A DNA stretch of 64,000 nt from Candidatus Latescibacterota bacterium (lineage in GTDB: Bacteria > Latescibacterota > UBA2968 > UBA8231), in contig CBDCDC010000002.1 of assembly GCA_965215195.1 (NCBI GenBank), forward strand, positions 736,001 to 800,000, read 5' to 3'. Below the pieces are notes generated by a model, which saw nothing but the letters and a program-made list of their open reading frames with translations, ran no database searches and had not been told where the DNA came from. Made by a program: the position numbers and the translations under genes. Shown here one piece after another: positions 1 through 8,403 of this stretch. Position 1 is the first letter of the stretch; each line of letters starts with the position of its first letter.

Positions 1-179
1 GAAAGCGGGTCGTGGGTCACCACGGGCGGCGGGGAGACGGATCGCGCTGCGCTCTCGACGGGATTGTCGCCCGCCTCAACGCCGACGCCACTAGCGTAAA
101 AATTCAAAGGGACCCACGACCGTTTGCGCCGCTGTTCGTGCGTATGGGATGCTGTTCCCACTAACTGTCTCGTCTAAAA

Positions 180-201
180 GCCTGCGCCCGTGAAAACGGG
201 A
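180..201. repeat. REP-like short palindrome (GCCTG..CCGTGAAAACGGG), copy 1
   Basis: GCCTGCGCCCGTGAAAACGGGA; similar copy GCCTGTCCTCGTGAAAACGGGG at 1547-1568; CCCGT/ACGGG stem with GAAA loop. Confidence 0.45.
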
Positions 202-348
202 GGCGCGGGGATGTTTGGACGGGGTGGGCGGTGCATAGTCCCCGATACAGTCGCACCCCGCCCGGCCCTGTCCGTGCGACCAGCCGGGGTGGCGGGTGTG
301 TCAACCGGGCGCAGGGGCTACCTGAGTCTGTCGGAGGCGACCCTGTAT

Positions 349-520
349 GTAGTGCAGTATTTCACGGAAAAGGCCCTTGAGCACGGAGGCCGAGAACGCG
401 CCGTTGAAGATCTGCTTGACGTGTTGGAGATTCGCTTTGGGTTGGCTGCCCGCATTGGGGCCATCAACGATGGCAGTGCCCCTCGAAGCCTTCAGCAGCC
501 TGTTAGACGCCGACGAGTAG
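349..520 (+). pseudogene. C-terminal remnant of an Rpn/DUF4351-like protein
   Basis: VVQYFTEKALEHGGRERAVEDLLDVLEIRFG..RIGAIND, then in another frame AVPLEAFSSLLDADE-TAG(520); no N-terminus, frameshifted. Confidence 0.55.
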
Positions 521-593
521 GGACGCTGCGTAACGGCACTTCTTTGAGTTGAGCGGGTAGGCGCTGGGCTGCGATTTGGGGGGATTTGCATTT

Positions 594-628
594 GTAGAGG
601 CGGCCTGAACGTTGCCAGACCGCCTCTA
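594..628. repeat. GTAG-type REP-like hairpin
   Basis: GTAGAGGCGGCCTG-AACGTTGC-CAGACCGCCTCTA: 13-bp stem (one mismatch), starting with GTAG. Confidence 0.5.
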
Positions 629-700
629 GGAGGTGGTTAGGGCCGTGCGTCAATGCGCCACCTTGCGGTGTCCGCAATGCGGCTGGCTCGGAACCCATTG

Positions 701-727
701 GTAGCCCACTCGCACCATTGGTTACTA
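701..727. mobile_element. Orphan end of the IS982-type element followed by TACTA
   Basis: 701-722 GTAGCCCACTCGCACCATTGGT is 21/22 identical to the reverse complement of IS end 53241-53262; followed by TACTA, the same pentamer duplicated around the intact IS. Confidence 0.8.
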
Positions 728-780
728 AATCTAGGGTTTTATCACATTTTTTTATTTGGGGCACCCTCGAACGAGGGCAT

Positions 781-1437
781 CTATGGGGTGGTGAACCAGA
801 ATTTGATGAGTGCGGTGATCATGCCCAAGACCAGTACGCCGCCGGTGCTGAGGATCGCATAGAGTAAGGTCTTGACCGATTTCTCCATGTCGCTCCGCAC
901 GCGGGCAAACCCGGTCTCCATTTCGCCGCGCACATGGGCGATTTCCTTGTCCACGCGGGCAAACCCGGCATCCATCTTGCCGTTCATCTCGGCAAACCCG
1001 GTCTCCATCTTGCCGTTCATCTCGGCAAACCCGGCGTCCATCTTGCCGTTCACCTCGGCAAACCCGGTCTCCATTTCGCCTCGTACATGGACGATTTCCT
1101 TGTCCACCCGCGCAAAGCCGGCGTCCATCTTGCCGTTCATCTCGGCAAACCCGGTCTCCATTTCGCCTCGTACATGGACGATTTCCTTGTCCACGCGGGC
1201 AAACCCGGCGTCCATCTTGCCGTTGATCTCGGCAAACCCGGTCTCCATTTCGCCCCGCACATGGACGATTTCCTTGTCCACCCGCGCAAAGCCGGTCTCC
1301 ATCTCGCCGCGTACTTGGGCAAAGCCCTCGCGCATCTTGCCGTTCATATCGGCCAATTTCGCATCGGCTTGCGCCGACTTCTCGCGCAGCTCGCCGCGCA
1401 CGTGGGCAACCTCGGTACGGACATTTTCTTCAGCCAT
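781..1437 (-). CDS. Bdr/DUF1640(CCDC90)-like coiled-coil repeat protein with C-terminal TM helix
   Basis: AAGGAG RBS before ATG 1437; 11-aa (EMNGKMDAGFA) and 18-aa (RVDKEIVHVRGEMETGFA) repeats; hydrophobic C-terminus LLYAILSTGGVLVLGMITALI. Confidence 0.8.
   Translation of the reverse strand: MAEENVRTEVAHVRGELREKSAQADAKLADMNGKMREGFAQVRGEMETGFARVDKEIVHVRGEMETGFAEINGKMDAGFARVDKEIVHVRGEMETGFAEMNGKMDAGFARVDKEIVHVRGEMETGFAEVNGKMDAGFAEMNGKMETGFAEMNGKMDAGFARVDKEIAHVRGEMETGFARVRSDMEKSVKTLLYAILSTGGVLVLGMITALIKFWFTTP
900..1350 (-). repeat. Intragenic tandem repeats of 33 bp and 54 bp
   Basis: Recurrent ggcaaacccggtctccat / tccatcttgccgttcat units. Confidence 0.9.
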
Positions 1438-1546
1438 GATCCTGCTCCTTTCAGCAAATGAAGTTAATGATGGGCTAGGCCCAAAAAATAACGAATGGCA
1501 CACAGCGTGTCATGGGCCAGAGCACCATCGCCGAACCGGGGCTAAC

Positions 1547-1568
1547 GCCTGTCCTCGTGAAAACGGGG
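1547..1568. repeat. REP-like short palindrome, copy 2
   Basis: GCCTGTCCTCGTGAAAACGGGG, similar to 180-201. Confidence 0.45.
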
Positions 1569-1604
1569 ATCGCCTAAACGCAGAAAATGTGATAAAACCT
1601 TAGC

Positions 1605-1623
1605 TACTAACCAATGGGGCTAG
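1605..1623. mobile_element. Second orphan IS982-type end preceded by TACTA
   Basis: TACTA|ACCAATGGGGCTAG vs TACTA|ACCAATGGTGCTAG at 53236-53254 (one mismatch). Confidence 0.7.
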
Positions 1624-1717
1624 GTGTTCCATTTGTGTTCGTATATCACCCGATGGGCTTCTCAGCGGGATCGTCCAGAGACATGAAACAGCCCTACTAC
1701 AAGAATGAAGGTTTTCA

Positions 1718-2719
1718 TTATCGGAAGACCGTAACGCCTGCTGCTTCAAGGGCGGGGATGTGTGTGTTGATTGACTCGGCACTGAGGGTGGTAACGCCAT
1801 TCAGAAACAGCTCTATCAAGTTGGTCAGGCTGAGCAACGGACTCACATCCGTAATGGACGTGTTACTCAGATACAGCCATTTCAGGCTGGTCAGGCTCGA
1901 CAACGAAATCACCCCCGCATCCCCAACGGACGTGTTACTCAGATGCAGATATCTCAGGTTGGTCAGGCTCGACAACTCAGCCACCCCCGCATCCCCAACG
2001 GACGTGCCAGTCAGATACAGCGTTTCCAACTTGGTCAGGCTCGACAGCGAAGCCAACCCCGCATTCGTAATGGACGTGGAAGCCAGACCCAGCGTTTTCA
2101 ACTTGGTCAGGCTCGTCAACTCAGCCACCCCCGCATCCCCAACGGACGTGTTACTCAGATGCAGCGTTTCCAAGTTGGTCAGGCTCGACAACGAAGCCAA
2201 CCCCGCATCCCCAACGGACGTGAAAGGCAGATGCAGAGCTTTCAAGTTGGTCAGGCTCGACAACGAAGCCAACCCCGCATCCCCAATGGACGTGCTACCC
2301 AGATCCAGCGTTTCCAAGCTGGTCAGGCTCGCCAACGGACTCAAATCCGCAAGAGCCGCGTTGCCGCTCAGCTCCAGATAGCTCAGTGCCGTCGCGTGTT
2401 CGAGGCCGGCCAAGCGCTCAACGCCTGAGACGTCTTGCCATTCTACGTCAAGCTTCGTCAGGGACGCCAGATCGTCGGCGGTCAGCGGGCCTTCCGGCTT
2501 GTTCAGCGTCCGCCGCACCGCACGCTCCAAGTTGGCATCGGCAAACGAGCCGATGGCGGGTGCGGGGCTATCGGTTGCAGCGTCCGACTGTGTGCTATCG
2601 GCCTCGGCCTGCCCGAGGGCTTTGCCCGCCGGGGCCGGCGCGACCGGCGGATCGGAACAGGCCACCACGCCTAAAACGAGGACGACCAGCAGGGCGTTTA
2701 TTCGCTTCCATAACGGCAT
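1718..2719 (-). CDS. Leucine-rich repeat (internalin-like) lipoprotein
   Basis: GAGG RBS, ATG 2719; lipobox LVLGVVAC; FADANLERAVR cap; six 24-aa LRRs (LSSLTNLETLHLSNTSVGDAGxAx) plus shorter units. Confidence 0.9.
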   Translation of the reverse strand: MPLWKRINALLVVLVLGVVACSDPPVAPAPAGKALGQAEADSTQSDAATDSPAPAIGSFADANLERAVRRTLNKPEGPLTADDLASLTKLDVEWQDVSGVERLAGLEHATALSYLELSGNAALADLSPLASLTSLETLDLGSTSIGDAGLASLSSLTNLKALHLPFTSVGDAGLASLSSLTNLETLHLSNTSVGDAGVAELTSLTKLKTLGLASTSITNAGLASLSSLTKLETLYLTGTSVGDAGVAELSSLTNLRYLHLSNTSVGDAGVISLSSLTSLKWLYLSNTSITDVSPLLSLTNLIELFLNGVTTLSAESINTHIPALEAAGVTVFR

Positions 2720-2922
2720 TGTTTGCCTCTTTCTATAAAAGGTTTGAGGAATCAGGTGCAGGAACCGGCCGCCATGGCAGACTATGGCCACGACGTACAG
2801 ACGAATGCCGCACGGGTAACATGCGGCGAGGGTTGGGACGGATCGCCAAATGGTCGCTTGGGAACCGTCGCCAGTGCTTGAGCAGTAGGGAATCTAGTGC
2901 TTTAGTGCTTGAGCAGAATTTC

Positions 2923-2937
2923 GGGGGGGGGGGGGGG
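2923..2937. repeat. G15 homopolymer tract
   Basis: 15 consecutive G about 200 bp upstream of the LRR gene. Confidence 0.9.
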
Positions 2938-3149
2938 TAAATTACTGTTTTTAACGACTTACGTAACATTTTTAGCAGGTCGAGAATCGGTGGTGTATTC
3001 GGTGCGCCATGCGCTGTAAAAGACAAACACAACATCTCATGGCCTTGTATTCTATGGTCGCCGAGTGAATAAATCAAGGGATATTTGAAATTGCAGTCCC
3101 CGGATAAAGAGGCAGAACGTCCCAAAAAATTCAAAGAAAGCGGCGCAAA

Positions 3150-3178
3150 TTGACACTGGCTGCCTTTTCTTATAAATT
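3150..3178 (+). promoter_or_regulatory. Sigma70-type promoter upstream of mltG
   Basis: TTGACA(3150)-17 bp-TAAATT(3173) in an AT-rich intergenic region; same hexamers as the promoter at 44046-44074. Confidence 0.55.
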
Positions 3179-3421
3179 TTCGCTCTCAGTCTTGGTTGTA
3201 AAAAATTCCCGATCCATACTTTTGCGCTATACCTTAGTACACGCCAGTAGAAGCGGTATGAGCCTGTCCTGAGCAAAGGCGAGACCAGCATCTCAGCCCT
3301 AAACGTCCAGTGGACTACTCGCGTGTACTAAGCCGCTAGACATTAGTTCGCAGCCCGCGTCCTTTGGGGATGGGCGCGAAGCTCGGCACATCCGAATCCC
3401 TCTTTAAGCAAGGCCGACAGT

Positions 3422-4447
3422 ATGTCAACTCAAGCCAAGTCCGCACGCTGGTATCGTGCATTCTTACTCGGCGCGGCTATCGCGCTGGTGGGGGCGGCGT
3501 TGCCCCTTGGGGCGTTGTGGTATTTGAACCAACCGACCTACGAATACCCGGCGCACCTGATCCACATCCCCCAAGGCGCGAGTGCCCGCTGGATCGGCCA
3601 GTTATTAGAGCGGAAAAACCTGATCCAGAACGCGCACGTCTTTGCCTGGACCGTCCGACTCAAGGGCCTCGGTCATCAGCTCAAAGCCGGCACCTATCAG
3701 CTCGACGGCACCGGCACTACAGCCTCCATTGCCCAGTCCCTGCTCAAGGCCCCCATCCAAACCCAGCCCGCGACGCTCCCCGAGGGCCTGAATCGCCACC
3801 AGATCGCCGGCCAGCTACAGGCCGCGGGCGTAGCCGACTCAGCCCGCTTTATCGCCGCCACCGAAGACCCGCACCTCATCCGCCAGCTCGGCGTGACCGC
3901 GTCCAGCCTCGAAGGCTACCTCTTCCCCGAGACGTATTTCTTCGACCCAAACGCCGATGAACGCGCCATCGCCTCTCGCATGGTTGGCCAGTTCCACCGC
4001 GTATTCACCGACTCTCTGCGCCAGCAGCTCAAGGCGCGTGGTCTTTCGCTGCACCAAGCCGTGACCTTGGCCTCGATCGTCGAGCGCGAAGCTGTGGCCG
4101 TTGAGGAGCAGCCCATTATCTCCGGCGTCTTCCAGCGCCGCCTCAAGCTCAACCGCCGCCTCGAATCCTGCGCGACCATCAACTACGCCCTCGGCGCGAC
4201 CAAGAAGCGGCTGACCTATGCCGACTTGCAGGTGGATTCGCCCTTCAACACCTATCGCCACCGTGGCCTGCCCCCTGGCCCCATCAGCAACCCGGGCCGC
4301 ACGGCCCTCCTCGCCGTACTCTACCCCGAGGAAACCGAGTATCTCTACTTCGTCTCCCGCGGCGACGGCACCCACATCTTCAGCCGCACCAACAAGGAAC
4401 ACGAGCGCGCCAAGCGCCAGATCAAGTTGGCCCAGCGCGTAAATTGA
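3422..4447 (+). CDS. mltG: Endolytic murein transglycosylase MltG (YceG family)
   Basis: N-terminal TM; LEGYLFPETY, LASIVEREA, SPFNTY..GLPPGPISNPG, YLYFV motifs. Confidence 0.96.
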   Translation: MSTQAKSARWYRAFLLGAAIALVGAALPLGALWYLNQPTYEYPAHLIHIPQGASARWIGQLLERKNLIQNAHVFAWTVRLKGLGHQLKAGTYQLDGTGTTASIAQSLLKAPIQTQPATLPEGLNRHQIAGQLQAAGVADSARFIAATEDPHLIRQLGVTASSLEGYLFPETYFFDPNADERAIASRMVGQFHRVFTDSLRQQLKARGLSLHQAVTLASIVEREAVAVEEQPIISGVFQRRLKLNRRLESCATINYALGATKKRLTYADLQVDSPFNTYRHRGLPPGPISNPGRTALLAVLYPEETEYLYFVSRGDGTHIFSRTNKEHERAKRQIKLAQRVN

Positions 4448-4565
4448 CGCCCAACGACCTGCGGCGGTACCTCTTGACCTCCCTGATAATTGCCCACCCA
4501 AGACCTGAGCTACACGAGCGCCGGGATCAAACTCTGAGACAGCCCTCGTCTGGCCGCGTCCCTCC

Positions 4566-6782
4566 ATGTCCATACTAGACGCTCTCAATCCAGCGCAACG
4601 CCGCGCCGCCGAGGCCGAGAGCGGCCCCCTGTTGATCCTCGCCGGGGCCGGTTCGGGCAAGACCCGCGTCCTCACCCACCGCATCGCCTTCCTCATCCAA
4701 GAAGTCGGCGTGCCCCCGTGGCGCATCCTCGCTGCGACCTTTACCAACAAAGCCGCCGGCGAAATGCGCGAGCGCATTGAGCAACTCGTTGGATCGGCCG
4801 CCGCCGACCTATGGATCGGCACCTTCCACTCGATCTGTGCGCGCATCCTGCGCCGCCAAGCCGAGGGGTTTGGTTTAGAGCCCAATTTCTCCATCTACGA
4901 CGAAGACGACCGCCGCGCCACCATCCGCCGCGTCCTCGACGCCCACCAGATCGACGAGCGCGAACTCGCCCCGCGCGCGGTCGTCAGCCAGATCAGCCGT
5001 GCCAAAAACGACATGCTCGGCCCGCTGGAATTTGCGCACCAAGCGCGCGAAGACCAACGGCAAATTGCCGAACTCTACCCCGACTACGAGCGCGAACTGC
5101 GCCGCAACCAAGCCCTTGATTTCGACGACTTGCTCGTCGAGCTCGTGCGCCAGTTCGACCGCCACCCGGACATTCTGCAAACCTACCAAGAGCGCTTTGA
5201 GCACCTGCTCGTCGACGAATATCAAGACACCAACCGGCCCCAGTACCGGCTCTGCCGCCAGCTAGCGGCGCACCACCGCAACATCTGCGTGGTCGGGGAC
5301 GACGACCAGTCGATCTACCAATTCCGCGGTGCGGACATCCGCAACATCCTCGACTTTGAGCGCGACTACCCAGACGCCCGCAGCGTGCGGCTGGAGCAAA
5401 ACTACCGCTCCACCGGCCGCATCCTCGCCGCGGCCAACGCCGTCATCAGCCACAATCAAGGCCGCAAGGGCAAAGAGCTGTGGACGGCCGGCCCCGAGGG
5501 CGACCCGATCGCGGTCGTCGAATGCGACTCGGACCGCCGCGAGGCTCGCCACGTCGTCGATGCCATCCGCCGCTACGACCGCTTGGGCCGCTACGGCCTC
5601 GGGGACGCCGCAGTGCTCTACCGCACCAATGCCCAGTCGCGCCCTTTTGAAGAGGAGCTACAGCGCGCTGGCCTCCCCTATGTAATCGTCGGCGGCATCC
5701 GCTTTTACGACCGCCGAGAAATCCGCGACGTGCTGTCCTATCTGCGCCTATTGGTCAACCCGGCCGATGACATTGCCCTGCGCCGCATCGTCAATACGCC
5801 CCGCCGCGGCATTGGCGATGTCTCCCTCGCCCGCTTGCAGGCTTTTGCCCAAGCCAAGGGCTGGAACCTCTCCACTGCGCTCAAACACCTCGACGACGTA
5901 CCCGGCCTCAGCGGCCGCGCACAAAAGAGCCTCGCGGCCTTCGCCGCCCTGCTCAACGAGCTGATGGCAGCCACCGACGCGCACTCCCTGCCCGAGTTGG
6001 GCTTTGCCGTCGTCGAAAAGAGTGGATACCGCGCAATGCTCGCGGCGGAAAATACCCCGGAAGCCGAGGCGCGCTTGCAGAATCTCGACCAGTTACTAGC
6101 CGAGATGACCGAGTACGCGGACGCAAACCCCGACGCAACCTTAGCGACCTATCTCGAAGAAAAGTCCCTGCTGACCTCGGCCGACGAAAGCGATGGCGAT
6201 GGCAACGCCATCACCTTGATGACCTTGCACAGCGCCAAGGGCCTAGAGTTCCCCTTGGTCTTTGTCTGCGGCCTCGAAGAAAACCTCTTTCCCACGGCGC
6301 GGGCCGTCGGCGATCCCCAAGCCATTGAAGAGGAGCGCCGGCTCTGCTACGTGGGCATGACCCGCGCACAAGAGCAACTCAGCCTCACCTATGCCCTGAG
6401 CCGCTACGCGTACGGCTCGCTCCTCGCAACCGAACCCTCGCGGTTTTTGGACGAAATCCCCACCGAGCTGACAGCCCAGCGCCGCGAATTGGACCGCGGC
6501 GTTGCCCGCTCGCGGCAGCGCATTGAGCCGCCGCACCGCAAAAAGGCCCCCCAAGCCCAAGGCGTCCGCTACGAGTGGGACGCTGAGCAGTCGCCCGGCT
6601 TCGACGAGTTTGTCGCCCAAGACGACTTCCTCGCGGTTGGCCAGTGGGTGCGCCATCCCCAATGGGGACGCGGGCAGATCGTCAGCCGCGAAGGACACGG
6701 CGAAAAGATGAAGCTCTCCATCCGCTTTGGGACGCGGATCAAACGCGTCGCTGTCGCGTACGCCCAGCTCGAACCCGCCTGA
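4566..6782 (+). CDS. pcrA: ATP-dependent DNA helicase PcrA/UvrD
   Basis: AGAGSGKTRVL, VDEYQDTN, VVGDDDQSIY, LEQNYRST, TLHSAKGLEF, EERRLCYVGMTRA; C-terminal Tudor-like VRHPQWGRG. Confidence 0.96.
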   Translation: MSILDALNPAQRRAAEAESGPLLILAGAGSGKTRVLTHRIAFLIQEVGVPPWRILAATFTNKAAGEMRERIEQLVGSAAADLWIGTFHSICARILRRQAEGFGLEPNFSIYDEDDRRATIRRVLDAHQIDERELAPRAVVSQISRAKNDMLGPLEFAHQAREDQRQIAELYPDYERELRRNQALDFDDLLVELVRQFDRHPDILQTYQERFEHLLVDEYQDTNRPQYRLCRQLAAHHRNICVVGDDDQSIYQFRGADIRNILDFERDYPDARSVRLEQNYRSTGRILAAANAVISHNQGRKGKELWTAGPEGDPIAVVECDSDRREARHVVDAIRRYDRLGRYGLGDAAVLYRTNAQSRPFEEELQRAGLPYVIVGGIRFYDRREIRDVLSYLRLLVNPADDIALRRIVNTPRRGIGDVSLARLQAFAQAKGWNLSTALKHLDDVPGLSGRAQKSLAAFAALLNELMAATDAHSLPELGFAVVEKSGYRAMLAAENTPEAEARLQNLDQLLAEMTEYADANPDATLATYLEEKSLLTSADESDGDGNAITLMTLHSAKGLEFPLVFVCGLEENLFPTARAVGDPQAIEEERRLCYVGMTRAQEQLSLTYALSRYAYGSLLATEPSRFLDEIPTELTAQRRELDRGVARSRQRIEPPHRKKAPQAQGVRYEWDAEQSPGFDEFVAQDDFLAVGQWVRHPQWGRGQIVSREGHGEKMKLSIRFGTRIKRVAVAYAQLEPA

Positions 6783-7107
6783 ACAGCCCATTGCCCCAGC
6801 GAGGGCCGCTCCTTAACTTTTATTGTTTACTAATGTTACGCACCGAAGCCAGCCCGACCGTGGATTCACTCGCTTCCCGCTTGTCACGCCTTGCGGCGCA
6901 CTGAAGCGCGGGCGTGACGAGCGGCTGGCTCAACCTGAGCAGAGCGCAGCCGCAGTCGCTTCCCCGCGCCGGTCCTGCCTAAAGGCCGGGTGCTTCCCCG
7001 CGCCACCCCTTTTCACGGGCGCAGGCTTTTCTAGGTGCCCGTGCGCAACATCAGTTGCTTATTTCGTTTCCCTTTGGCCACTTATGTACACTCCAGCATC
7101 CGAAAAT

Positions 7108-8403
7108 ATGCGCGTAGCCCTGCAAAACGTGGGTTGCAAGCTCAATGCCTACGAAGTAGAAGCCCTCGCCCACCGCCTAGCCGAGCGCGGCTATGCAATC
7201 GTGCCCTTCGGCTCTGAAGCCGATGTGTACGTGGTCAATACCTGCACGGTCACTGGCGCGGGCGATGCGGACTCGCGCAAGGCCGTGCGCCGCGCCCGGC
7301 GGCGCAATCCAAGCGCCGAGATCGTCGCCACCGGCTGCTATGCCCAGCGGCGGCCGGCCGATCTCGCAGGGGCCGGGGCCGACTTGGTCGTGGGCAACGG
7401 CCAGAAGGCCCAGCTCGTCGAATTACTCGAAGCGCATCTAACCGGTGCCGAGATCCCCGCGCCCTCGCCAACGAGACCACGCACCGAGCAATTTCTCGCC
7501 ATTGACGGCGCAGTGCCCCAAGGCCGCACGCGCGGCAACCTGCAAATCCAAGATGGCTGCGACGAGCACTGCACCTATTGCATCATTCCGGCGGTGCGCG
7601 GGCACAGCGCGAGCCGCCCAGCCCCCGAAGTAGTAGCCCAGGCCCGGCGCATGGTCGCGGCCGGCTACCGCGAGCTGGCCCTGACCGGCGTCCACACGGG
7701 CCGCTACGGGTTCGACCAAGGCCAGCCCGAGGCCCTCGTTGAGCTGCTCGCCGCGTTGGAGCAAATCGACGGCTTGGCGCGCATCCGCCTCAACTCCATT
7801 GAGCCGGGTTACGTCACCGACGCCCTGATCGACCAAGCGGCTGCTTCCCCGGCCATCTGCCGCCACTTCCACGTGCCTTTGCAAAGCGGCGACGACCACA
7901 TTCTCAAGCGCATGGGGCGGCGTTACACCCGCGCCTATTACGCCGAGCGGATCGAGCGAATCGCCAGCCGCATCCCGGATTGCGCCATTGGTGCCGACGT
8001 CATGGTCGGCTTCCCCGGGGAAACCGACGCGCATTTTGCCCAGACTCGCGCCTTGTTAGCCGACCTGCCGCTGACGTATCTCCACGTCTTTTCGTACTCC
8101 CAGCGCGCAGGCACCCCGGCCGAGCGCCTGCCCGGGCACCGGGACGCCGCGGTCAAAAAGGAGCGCACCCAAGCGCTCATCGCCCTCGGCGCGGCCAAGC
8201 GACTCGCCTTCCACCAGCGCTTTGTCGGCCGCTCCCTGCAAGTCCTCGCCGAAGGGCGTTCAGACCCGGCCACCGGCTTACAGGTCGGCTTGAGCGACAA
8301 CTACGTCAAGGCCCTCTTCGCCGGCCCGGCCGCGCCCAACGAGTTCGTGAATGTGCAAATCGAGCAAGCCCGCGAAGAGCTAACTTTTGGAGTGCGCCCA
8401 TGA
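7108..8403 (+). CDS. mtaB: tRNA t6A37 methylthiotransferase MtaB
   Basis: Starts MRVALQNVGCKLNAYE; VNTCTVT, IQDGCDEHCTYCIIP (radical SAM), LTGVHTG, HFHVPLQSG, LHVFSYS. Confidence 0.92.
   Translation: MRVALQNVGCKLNAYEVEALAHRLAERGYAIVPFGSEADVYVVNTCTVTGAGDADSRKAVRRARRRNPSAEIVATGCYAQRRPADLAGAGADLVVGNGQKAQLVELLEAHLTGAEIPAPSPTRPRTEQFLAIDGAVPQGRTRGNLQIQDGCDEHCTYCIIPAVRGHSASRPAPEVVAQARRMVAAGYRELALTGVHTGRYGFDQGQPEALVELLAALEQIDGLARIRLNSIEPGYVTDALIDQAAASPAICRHFHVPLQSGDDHILKRMGRRYTRAYYAERIERIASRIPDCAIGADVMVGFPGETDAHFAQTRALLADLPLTYLHVFSYSQRAGTPAERLPGHRDAAVKKERTQALIALGAAKRLAFHQRFVGRSLQVLAEGRSDPATGLQVGLSDNYVKALFAGPAAPNEFVNVQIEQAREELTFGVRP

Larger units (their letters stand above)
731..1603. mobile_element. 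Transposase-free element bounded by 20-bp inverted repeats, carrying one passenger gene
   Basis: CTAGGGTTTTATCACATTTT (731-750) vs AAAATGTGATAAAACCTTAG (1584-1603): 19/20 inverted, 16-bp perfect core, flanked by CTAG/TTAG. Confidence 0.55.

Noticed and set aside
1-189. Possible partial CDS at the window edge
   Set aside because: No recognisable motif in any frame
900-2340. Tandem repeats as a possible CRISPR array
   Set aside because: Periods are multiples of 3, lie in coding frames, have no unique spacers, and there are no cas genes
872-2428. Long plus-strand ORFs 872-1603, 934-1461, 1614-2381, 1943-2428
   Set aside because: Antisense shadows of the repeat-rich coiled-coil and LRR genes
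6845-7050. Cobalamin riboswitch, SRP RNA or tRNA
   Set aside because: No convincing B12 box, SRP domain IV motif or cloverleaf found by eye
6823-8399. N-terminal extensions of mtaB (from 6823) and miaB (from 7980)
   Set aside because: Family motifs begin at 7108 and 8400; the extensions overlap a spacer or the upstream gene
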